A stretch of DNA of 30,196 nucleotides from IMG/VR virus record IMGVR_UViG_3300027791_000088, positions 1 through 30,196 of that record. The stretch is one strand, 5' to 3'. This DNA is from a virus (taxonomy: Duplodnaviria; Caudoviricetes). The stretch's first letter is position 1. Every line of letters starts with the position of its first letter. Shown here in pieces: positions 9,269 to 17,003 of this stretch. The position numbers and the translations under genes were made by a program. The notes beneath the pieces are model-generated. The model was not told the origin of the DNA. It saw only the letters and a program-made list of their open reading frames with translations, and did not search any database.

Positions 9269-11826
9269 ATCCTCTTGAGCGTCCAATGCCCCCAGGTGTT
9301 CGTTTGCCAGGAATTGACGTAGAAAAGCGTTTTTACCTTGAACTGGGCATTGACCCCAAATCTTCCAACTACGACCTTCTGAGGGCTCTGTGTCTCCGTG
9401 GAGTGCAACAGAGAGGCATTGACAAGCTAAAAAACAAAGAACAATACTATGATCGTGTGAAAATGGAGCTTTCTGTCCTAAAAGACCTAGGATTCATTGA
9501 TTATATACTTCTAAATTGGGATGTTTTAAACTTTTGCCACGAAAATGAAATACCAACTGGCCCAGGTCGAGGTTCTGCCGCTGGGTCTTTAGTCCTTTTC
9601 CTACTACGCGTTACAAATGTAGACCCAATTAAATACGACCTTTTCTTCGAGCGTTTTGTCTCCAAAAGCAGAGCAAAGAAAACTATCGTGGATGGTATTA
9701 CTTACCTCGACGGCTCTCTACTTGCTGACGTAGATAACGACATTTCTTACGATCGTCGCCAAGAAGTCATAAAATATATTGAAGAGCAACACAAAGGAAG
9801 AACCTGTAAAATCTTAACCCTCAACACTTTGAGCAGCAAATTATGTGTAAAGGAGTGCGGTAAAATAGTTGGAGAGATGCCTGAAGATGAGGTTAATCAG
9901 ATAAGTTCTCTGATCCCTAAGCAGTTCGGTAAGGTGGCTAAACTAAGCCAAGCACTAGAAGAAAGCGACAAATTCAAAGAGTTTGCGGATAAAAACAAAA
10001 AAATATTTAAAATTGCAAAAAAATTAGAAGGATTAAACAAAAATACAGGAGTTCACCCATCTGGTATCGCTATTAGTTTCTACAATATTGAAGAAATTAT
10101 GCCGATGCAAAAAACAAACGATGGTAACTTAATATCTGCCTATGACATGAACGACGTTGCGTCCTTGACTGTCAAGTTTGATATCCTCGGACTTAGAACC
10201 CTTTCCGTAGTAAGCGACACTTGCAAGCGGTTGGGGATCAAAATGGAAGATATAGATGTTGGACTCCCAGAAATATATGAAAACTTCAAATTCATTGAGA
10301 CACCAAAAGGTTTGTTCCAGATTGAAGCGGATACAAATTTTAAAGTCTGCAAAAAGATCGCTCCTAAAAACCTGGAGGAGCTGTCTGCTGTTGTTGCGAT
10401 TGCTCGCCCTGGTGCACTTGACTATCTGGATGTTTATGCTGATTATGCTACCACCTCAAGATTTCAGTCAGTTAATGAATTCTTTGACGATATTCTTTCT
10501 TACACTGGCGGCATTCCCCTATATCAAGAGCAGTTAATGAAGATGGCCGTTAAGGTCGGATTTACCCTTGATGAGTCAGAACAACTTCGTAGAATTGTGG
10601 GCAAAAAGAAAGTGGATCAAATGCCCGCCTGGAAAGCCAAGATTGAGCAAAAGATTGAAGAGAAAAATTTAGACAAAGAAGTTGGGGAGGTTTTGTGGAA
10701 GGTCGCAGAAGATTCAGCAAACTACTCCTTTAATAAATCGCACTCAATTAGCTATGCAATTCTCGCCGCTATCACAACTTATTTAAAGTTTAAGCATCCG
10801 CAAGAGTTCTTTCTTTCCTTGCTTAAAATGACCAAGCATGAGCCAGACTCTCATGCCGAGATAGCTCTTATCAGCCAAGAGTTGTGCCAGTTCAACATGA
10901 AGCTTCTACCGCCAGATTTATCAAAGTCAGACATTAACTTTGGCATCGAAGGGCGCAACATTAGATACGGAGTTAATAGCGTCAAAGGAGTATCAGAAAA
11001 AACTCTAGAGAATTTGGTTGATTTTAGAAAAGCCCAAGAGACTAATCAAAACAAGTATGATATATTTATTAATGCCAAACAGTCAGGCATTAATATTGGA
11101 GTGCTTTCTGGTTTGATTCAAGGAGGCACAATGGATTCTTTTTGTGAAACAAGCTCAACTTTGCCCAATCGCTGTCGCTTAGTCTTAGAGGCTCAGTCTT
11201 TTAATATACTTACCGACAGAGAGAAGAGAAATATTATTCAAATCGGAGAAGAGTACAAACATGATGTTCTCAATACTATTCAAGCAATTGTAAAAGACTC
11301 TCTAGTCGCCGATGACGGTAGGCCTATTATGAAGGCGTCGCGTTTCCAAACATTCAAAAAGAAGTATGAAGGCTACAAGAGTATATATGAAAAAAACAAA
11401 AACCACCTTGAGTTTGCTAATTGGTTTTTTGAGAGAAAGTATTTAGGATACAGCCATTCTACAGAAATTAAAAAAGTTTTTAAAAACTCTGGCGACCTTT
11501 ATAACAGCTTAGAAATTAAATCCATAGCCGACCATGATAGAGTTAAGTTCGTAGGGGTGGTCACAGACTGTGTTTCTAGAACAAGTAAAAATGGCAACAA
11601 GTACATGAGAGCAGAAGTGCAAGACGACTTCGGCAAGGTTAATTTTATGCTTATGAATAATAGAAGGTCTTCCACTCTAGATAACTACTTAAACAATGGA
11701 GGTAAAAAACCAAAAGAAGGAGAGATAGTTTTTGTTTACGGAAGCAAAGGCGACGATGTCATTTTTGGAGAAAAATTAACCATCCTTGATGAAAAAATTT
11801 ACACAAAACTTTCAGAAGTAAAATAA
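9250..11826 (+). CDS. dnaE: DNA polymerase III alpha catalytic core, family C, lacking the PHP N-terminus
   Basis: GPGRGSAAGSLV, LFFERF, catalytic DVDND, GVHPSG, KFDILGL, YQEQLM, YSFNKSHS and C-terminal OB fold (SKNGNKYM). Confidence 0.93.
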   Translation: MGIRNLNPLERPMPPGVRLPGIDVEKRFYLELGIDPKSSNYDLLRALCLRGVQQRGIDKLKNKEQYYDRVKMELSVLKDLGFIDYILLNWDVLNFCHENEIPTGPGRGSAAGSLVLFLLRVTNVDPIKYDLFFERFVSKSRAKKTIVDGITYLDGSLLADVDNDISYDRRQEVIKYIEEQHKGRTCKILTLNTLSSKLCVKECGKIVGEMPEDEVNQISSLIPKQFGKVAKLSQALEESDKFKEFADKNKKIFKIAKKLEGLNKNTGVHPSGIAISFYNIEEIMPMQKTNDGNLISAYDMNDVASLTVKFDILGLRTLSVVSDTCKRLGIKMEDIDVGLPEIYENFKFIETPKGLFQIEADTNFKVCKKIAPKNLEELSAVVAIARPGALDYLDVYADYATTSRFQSVNEFFDDILSYTGGIPLYQEQLMKMAVKVGFTLDESEQLRRIVGKKKVDQMPAWKAKIEQKIEEKNLDKEVGEVLWKVAEDSANYSFNKSHSISYAILAAITTYLKFKHPQEFFLSLLKMTKHEPDSHAEIALISQELCQFNMKLLPPDLSKSDINFGIEGRNIRYGVNSVKGVSEKTLENLVDFRKAQETNQNKYDIFINAKQSGINIGVLSGLIQGGTMDSFCETSSTLPNRCRLVLEAQSFNILTDREKRNIIQIGEEYKHDVLNTIQAIVKDSLVADDGRPIMKASRFQTFKKKYEGYKSIYEKNKNHLEFANWFFERKYLGYSHSTEIKKVFKNSGDLYNSLEIKSIADHDRVKFVGVVTDCVSRTSKNGNKYMRAEVQDDFGKVNFMLMNNRRSSTLDNYLNNGGKKPKEGEIVFVYGSKGDDVIFGEKLTILDEKIYTKLSEVK

Positions 11827-13328
11827 TGGACTTATCTAAATTTAATTTAACGCCTTCAGCTAAAAAAGCCTTAAAGGACAGTGAGTTTATAGCGGAGACA
11901 TTCGGCCACTTAAAAGTAATAGACCTCCATCTTATAATTTCTATATTAGATTTTAGCCACAACAATATAGATTTTGTGTTTAGCTCCAATGGGATCATTA
12001 AAGAGGGAATTAAAAAAAGCATGGAGTATGCCGTGTCCAGCTACAAAGAGCCCAGAAGAAAAAAGAAAATATATTCTAAGGAGATACTAGACATTTTAGA
12101 CAATTCTCTTAAATTGTCAGCTAGGTTAAAAGATGAATTTATCGGGATAGACCATATACTATTTATCATACTAACTACAAGAGAAGAGCTGTGTGATTTT
12201 TTACTTTCCCTTGATATTGATTTAGAGAAAATCAATAGAGACCTAAAAGATACTATAAAAAATGGGATACCAAAAGATCTAGTAGTATCGAGTCAACCAG
12301 CTAAAAATCCGAAGGGCGAGTCTTTATCTGATATTTCAGATTGGTGTGAAGATTTAAATGACAAAATAGAAGCCAGAGGAGATTTTGAAATTTTCGGCAG
12401 GGAGGAAGAAATAGATAGAATCTTTGAAGTGCTTCTCAAGAAAAATAAGAGTAATGTAATTTTGGTTGGAGAAGCTGGTGTTGGTAAAACTGCAATCGTA
12501 GAGGGCATGGCAGAAAAAATACTAAAAAGACAATGCCCAGATTTACTTTTACATAAAAAAATACTTTCATTAGACTTAACTTCGGTTCTTGCTGGCACAA
12601 TATACAGAGGACAAATGGAAGAAAAACTTAAAAAAATTCTAGACCAGCTATCATCATCAGGTAATCATTACATTCTTTTTATTGATGAAATACACAATAT
12701 AATTGGCGCTGGAGGCGGATCAGATGGTGGAGGTTTGGACTTTGCAAACATAATGAAGCCAGCTTTATCTAGAGGAGATATGTCCTGTGTGGGGGCTACC
12801 ACCAAAGAAGAATACGAAAGATTTTTCAAAAAGGACGCTGCCTTAAATCGCAGATTCGAGAAAATAGACATAAAAGAACCCACAAAAGAAGAAACTTTTG
12901 AATTGATTAAAGTTGCCAAAAAATCCTATGAAAAATTTCACCAAGTTGAATATAAAGAGGATGTGCTTTCTAAAATAATAGATCTTTGCGATATTTATTT
13001 AACAAATAAAAAATTTCCAGACAAAGCTTTTGATATTTTAGACGAATCTGGAGCTAGAACCAAAAAAATAAACTTCGTTCGTCCGCAAAAAGCTAAAAAT
13101 ATGGAGGACAAGCTAATGAATTCTGAATTTCAAGAAAGCCCACAACACGCCAAGTTTCAGAAGGCTTACTCCAAAATCATAGAAAAATGGGGAAAAAGTC
13201 TCGAAAATAAAGTTTTTCCTGTTGACATTGATGTAATATATGATATATTCGCATATAAGTTAAACACCTCTAAAGAAAACGTTAGAAAAGGAAACAACAT
13301 TCCTTTATCAGGCAAAATAGGATTTTAA
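11826..13328 (+). CDS. ClpA/B/C-like protein with Clp-N repeats and only the first AAA+ module
   Basis: Two Clp-N repeats (FNLTPSAKKAL..HL; ILDNS..L...FIGIDHIL), GREEEI, GEAGVGKT, LFIDEIH, GATT..EY, ALNRRF and FPDKAFDILDE. It ends KIGF with no second NBD. Confidence 0.88.
   Translation: MDLSKFNLTPSAKKALKDSEFIAETFGHLKVIDLHLIISILDFSHNNIDFVFSSNGIIKEGIKKSMEYAVSSYKEPRRKKKIYSKEILDILDNSLKLSARLKDEFIGIDHILFIILTTREELCDFLLSLDIDLEKINRDLKDTIKNGIPKDLVVSSQPAKNPKGESLSDISDWCEDLNDKIEARGDFEIFGREEEIDRIFEVLLKKNKSNVILVGEAGVGKTAIVEGMAEKILKRQCPDLLLHKKILSLDLTSVLAGTIYRGQMEEKLKKILDQLSSSGNHYILFIDEIHNIIGAGGGSDGGGLDFANIMKPALSRGDMSCVGATTKEEYERFFKKDAALNRRFEKIDIKEPTKEETFELIKVAKKSYEKFHQVEYKEDVLSKIIDLCDIYLTNKKFPDKAFDILDESGARTKKINFVRPQKAKNMEDKLMNSEFQESPQHAKFQKAYSKIIEKWGKSLENKVFPVDIDVIYDIFAYKLNTSKENVRKGNNIPLSGKIGF
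13222..13249 (+). promoter_or_regulatory. sigma70-like promoter TTGACA-16nt-TATATT with TGn extension, inside the clp 3' end
   Basis: -35 at 13222-13227, TG at 13241-13242, -10 at 13244-13249. It would drive the 69 aa ORF. Confidence 0.55.
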
Positions 13329-13337
13329 TAATTAATT

Positions 13338-13547
13338 ATGAGAAAAACAAATCGTATCGTAAAAACAATGAAGCAAAGCGGAGGCCGATTCTTTGGTCTT
13401 CGGACAAAAGACGGAGCTAGTTATAACGCTCAGTTTGTTAATGAGACCCCCAGTTATGTGATTATTCACGACCGAAACGCTGGGGTTAAGCGAAAGTTCG
13501 CTAAAACCAGTCTAACTGGACTCAAAATGGGTACAGTCAGTATCTAA
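13338..13547 (+). CDS. small basic protein, possible Sm/Hfq-like or SH3-like beta-barrel
   Basis: 69 aa, helix followed by about five beta-strand-like segments; flanked by a promoter-like site and a terminator. The fold call is an inference. Confidence 0.6.
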   Translation: MRKTNRIVKTMKQSGGRFFGLRTKDGASYNAQFVNETPSYVIIHDRNAGVKRKFAKTSLTGLKMGTVSI

Positions 13548-13555
13548 TCAACTAG

Positions 13556-13579
13556 GGCGGTAGAAATACCGCCTTTTTT
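13556..13579 (+). terminator. intrinsic terminator
   Basis: GGCGGTA-GAAA-TACCGCC perfect 7 bp stem with a GNRA loop, followed by TTTTTT. Confidence 0.9.
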
Positions 13580-13585
13580 GTGTAA
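13580..13585 (+). promoter_or_regulatory. GTGTAA upstream motif
   Basis: Immediately after the terminator and 12 nt before ATG 13598, where a new promoter is needed. Confidence 0.45.
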
Positions 13586-13597
13586 TATAAACCATAT

Positions 13598-14806
13598 ATG
13601 GCTATCAAGGAGAAGGAAATATATCTAAATAATTTTTTTGCGGTCGACTGTAGACCCGATCAAAGAGATTCGGAAATATCAGAATTTGAAAAAAAGTTGA
13701 TAAAATCATACATTGAAAATATATTTTCAATTACTGAAGAATTTGAAAATGAAATAGAATTGATAAGTTCAAACTTTTTTTATGAAAGCTATTCTTTATT
13801 AATCGAAGGTCAAAAATATTTATTAAAAATTAGTTTAGACCCAGATAACAGAAGCCTTTCTACTGAAAAGAAAGCCTTAGATTCTGTAAGTGATTTAATA
13901 TCTTCAAAAATAGTAAATTACGAAAATGACGAAGATTCTGGAATTGAATTCCTTCTCGTTAGCTGGGAAAATGGCGAAAACTTTGATTTTTTCGGCGTGG
14001 ATGAACTCGTATATAATTTAGGCACTCTTGTATGTAATTTAGATTTTATGCATGAATCAGACTCTTCTGATCTAATGTCTTTTGAAGATAAATTTCTTGA
14101 AAATGAATCAATTTTAGAGATTATGGAGTCTTCAGATGAAATAGAGAAATCTATTCTTGCAAAATTGGTAGATTTAAATGAAGATGACATCAAACATATT
14201 TTTTCAATACTTAAAAACATTTCAAAGGAAAGGTATTCAGAAGATATAACCGTACTATGCCACTCTAACCTAAAAAAAAGTAACATTTTGTACCAATCAG
14301 AGTACATAAAGTTTATTAATTTTGAACGTTCTCATAAAGCAGATATTTATTATAGTCTTATGAAAGTTATTAACAATCTGAGCCTGTTCAAATCAGCTAA
14401 AGATGTTAGTGCTTTTTTGAAAAAATACCATTCTGTTTCTAAATTAGTCAACCATCTTTCGCTTGAAGAATTTTTAACTAAGTATGAAGAAAAAAAAGAA
14501 ACAAACCGACTTTTGATTTTTCAAGATATATTACACAGAGTGCTTTTTCATTTTGGTGCTTATGGGGCTTTTCATAAAGTAGAAGATTTAGCAAGGTATA
14601 CTGATTTGTATAACAACCTTAGACCTACCGTTGAAAAGTATTTTCAAGACTACATTAAAGGTTTAGATAAATTGTTTTATACTTGCATTTCAAGTGTTCA
14701 AACTTACGACATTAATGAACTAAATAAAATAATGGGCGTTCCCGAAGAAGAGCATTCAGAAGAATACTCAAATCCAGCAATAGAAGAATATCAAGCAGAA
14801 GATTAA
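13598..14806 (+). CDS. APH/choline-kinase-fold protein, probably catalytically inactive
   Basis: KYLLKIS and TEKKAL (Lys/Glu pair), LVSWENG hinge, VLCHSNLKKSNIL in place of HGDL...NIL, and KFINFE in place of IDFE. Confidence 0.75.
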   Translation: MAIKEKEIYLNNFFAVDCRPDQRDSEISEFEKKLIKSYIENIFSITEEFENEIELISSNFFYESYSLLIEGQKYLLKISLDPDNRSLSTEKKALDSVSDLISSKIVNYENDEDSGIEFLLVSWENGENFDFFGVDELVYNLGTLVCNLDFMHESDSSDLMSFEDKFLENESILEIMESSDEIEKSILAKLVDLNEDDIKHIFSILKNISKERYSEDITVLCHSNLKKSNILYQSEYIKFINFERSHKADIYYSLMKVINNLSLFKSAKDVSAFLKKYHSVSKLVNHLSLEEFLTKYEEKKETNRLLIFQDILHRVLFHFGAYGAFHKVEDLARYTDLYNNLRPTVEKYFQDYIKGLDKLFYTCISSVQTYDINELNKIMGVPEEEHSEEYSNPAIEEYQAED

Positions 14807-14820
14807 GCTATATAAAATAA

Positions 14821-14848
14821 TAGAATATCACATTTATTATATTATAAT
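14821..14848 (+). promoter_or_regulatory. probable promoter with perfect TATAAT and weak -35 (TAGAAT)
   Basis: TATAAT at 14843-14848 in the intergenic gap, ATG at 14854 five nt downstream. Confidence 0.45.
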
Positions 14849-14853
14849 CTTGC

Positions 14854-15321
14854 ATGAGTCACAAACAACACGATATTTATAAGCCAAATTCTTTTAATTC
14901 TGGATGCGCATTTTCTTTTAAAATTGTTGAAAAAGATAAGGAGGGCAACAATCAAAAACCTTCGTTCTTGGTTCAGTCAATCAAGCAAGCCAGCTGGGAT
15001 AGCCAAAAAAAAACGGGGTCTTTCAGCGCAAACGCCAAAGACCCAGAGAAGAATATTTATTTTAAGTTAGGTGAAAATGAAATTGGCGGCATGCTTAATG
15101 CAATTGAAAATTATGTAGAGTTCTCAGCTTATCATAGCTATAATGAAGATAAAACTCAAATATCTTTTAAGCCCTACACAAAGAAAAACGGTCAAAAAGC
15201 TTTTTCTTTCAGTGTGGTAAAAAACTCTACTCTAAAATTTGGAATGGGGGTTGAGCTGTCAGAAGCCAGAACGCTCAAGGGGTTGTTTGATCTTTTTCTA
15301 TTTAAGTATTTTGATTACTAA
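14854..15321 (+). CDS. Whirly-like single-stranded nucleic-acid-binding protein
   Basis: Colinear resemblance to Whirly domains: DIYK, FKLGENEIG, EFSAYH, QISFKP, FSFSVVKN, VELSEARTL. Two beta-sheet plus helix repeats. Confidence 0.6.
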   Translation: MSHKQHDIYKPNSFNSGCAFSFKIVEKDKEGNNQKPSFLVQSIKQASWDSQKKTGSFSANAKDPEKNIYFKLGENEIGGMLNAIENYVEFSAYHSYNEDKTQISFKPYTKKNGQKAFSFSVVKNSTLKFGMGVELSEARTLKGLFDLFLFKYFDY

Positions 15322-17003
15322 TGAAAAAAATTCTTTTTCATTCTAATTCAGCTAAAGCTTTTACTGGTTTTGGCAAAAATGCAAAAAATATCTTGCGCTA
15401 TTTGCACAAGACAAACAAGTATGAAATTGTTGAATTTGCAAATGCTGTGCAATGGGGAGACCCATCTCTTTCATCGAGACCCTGGAAGGCACAAGGTTCT
15501 TTACCTAATAACCCTTCAGTAGTTCAAGAAATAAAGTCTGATCAAGTCAAGGCTAGGGCGGCATCATACGGAGGATTTACCATTGATCAAGCCATAAAAG
15601 AATATAAGCCAGATATTTATATAGGATGTGAAGACATTTGGGCTTTTTCAGATTATTGGAAAAAACCTTGGTGGGATAAAATCAATAATATGATTTGGAC
15701 TACCTTGGATAGCCAACCAATACTCCCTCAAGCCCTAGAAGCGGCACCAAAAACTAAAAATTTTTACGTCTGGGCGTCTTTTGCAGAAAAAGACATGAAA
15801 GAACTAGGCCATGATCATGTAAAGACTTTGCATGGAACGGTAAACACAGAAGACTTTTATAAAATTAGCGATCTTGATAAGCGAAAAACAAGAAGCAAGT
15901 TTAATCTTTCCGACGAATTCATTGTTGGCTTTGTATTTAGAAACCAACTAAGAAAAAGCGTGCCTAATTTACTTGAGGGGTTCAAAATATTTAAAAAAGA
16001 TTGCCCCAAAGCCAAACTATTATTACACACGCATTGGGGCGAAGGTTGGGATATACCGAGACTTTTAAAAGAAAAAGGCATAAACAACGATGATATTCTA
16101 ACTACTTATTTTTGCTCTTCTTGTAAAAATTATGCAATAGCTCCGTTCTGCGGGCAAGAACAAACCTGCCCATTTTGCGGAGCCGAAAAGACTTTCAATA
16201 CCACAAATACTAGGGCTGGAGTAGATGAATCTCAACTAAATGAAATCTATAACATTATGGATGTTTATTGTCATCCATTTACTAGTGGAGGCATGGAGAT
16301 ACCAATCTTTGAAGCAAAAATGACCGAGCTTGTAACTTTAGTCACGAATTACTCTTGTGGAGAAGATTCTTCTGGACCCGAATGTGGAAGTTTCTCTCTT
16401 GATTGGTCAGAATACAGGGAACCAGGAACTCAGTTTATTAAAGCTTCAACATATCCATCTAGCATAGCAAAACAACTTAAAAAAGTTTACAATCTAAAAC
16501 CGCACAAAAAACTCGAAATGGGTAAAAAAGCAAGAGATTGGACTATTGAAAATTATTCCACAGACTCTATTGGAAAAAAATTAGAAAAAATTATAGATGA
16601 AATGCCCCCTGTAGAATACGACTTTGATTGGGATAAGGATCAAAAAGGCATAGATTTAGAAGATTTATTAGATGAAGGTAAGCGAATTGCTATTGTTGTT
16701 CCTGAATCAGCTGTAGATTTATTAGCAGTCAACTCTTTGATTGATAGCCTGCAAGACCTCTATGAAGATCACGATATTTATATTTTCACGATGCCCACCT
16801 TTTTTCCTTATATAGAAGATAATCCTAAGGTCCACAAGGTCTTACCATATTCCAATACAATAGATAATTCTCGCTTTTTAGAAGGTGTCGGAGAACACAA
16901 AGGATTTTTTGAATTAGCCTTTTTCCCCTCTTATGGCACTCAAAAATTTTCTAATTATCATCATAACGGAATAGATAAAACACATTATAAATTATATGAG
17001 TAG
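15321..17003 (+). CDS. GT4-like (GT-B) glycosyltransferase with a zinc-ribbon insert and a C-terminal GT9-like N-domain
   Basis: TGFG, RNQLRK and DVYCHPFTSGGMEIPIFEA; insert CSSC...CPFC; tail KRIAIVVPESAVDLL...IEDNPKVHKV. Confidence 0.8.
   Translation: MKKILFHSNSAKAFTGFGKNAKNILRYLHKTNKYEIVEFANAVQWGDPSLSSRPWKAQGSLPNNPSVVQEIKSDQVKARAASYGGFTIDQAIKEYKPDIYIGCEDIWAFSDYWKKPWWDKINNMIWTTLDSQPILPQALEAAPKTKNFYVWASFAEKDMKELGHDHVKTLHGTVNTEDFYKISDLDKRKTRSKFNLSDEFIVGFVFRNQLRKSVPNLLEGFKIFKKDCPKAKLLLHTHWGEGWDIPRLLKEKGINNDDILTTYFCSSCKNYAIAPFCGQEQTCPFCGAEKTFNTTNTRAGVDESQLNEIYNIMDVYCHPFTSGGMEIPIFEAKMTELVTLVTNYSCGEDSSGPECGSFSLDWSEYREPGTQFIKASTYPSSIAKQLKKVYNLKPHKKLEMGKKARDWTIENYSTDSIGKKLEKIIDEMPPVEYDFDWDKDQKGIDLEDLLDEGKRIAIVVPESAVDLLAVNSLIDSLQDLYEDHDIYIFTMPTFFPYIEDNPKVHKVLPYSNTIDNSRFLEGVGEHKGFFELAFFPSYGTQKFSNYHHNGIDKTHYKLYE

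Noticed and set aside
9845-9850. GTGTAA inside dnaE, and other intragenic copies
   Set aside because: They are not near an annotated start and are compatible with chance in AT-rich DNA.
7944-11826. Split intein or intron explaining the fragmented polymerase
   Set aside because: There are no intein start or HN-C/S/T end motifs at the breaks, no homing endonuclease and no non-coding gap. The middle gene is an exonuclease with its own RBS.
1208-13328. Bacterial chromosome origin (gmd, recA, dnaB, dnaG, dnaE, clp)
   Set aside because: The proteins are highly divergent, packed in a phage-like order and adjacent to a tail-tip operon.
11826-13600. clp pseudogene by frameshift
   Set aside because: No NBD2 motifs appear downstream. 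The gene ends cleanly and is followed by a separate ORF and a terminator.
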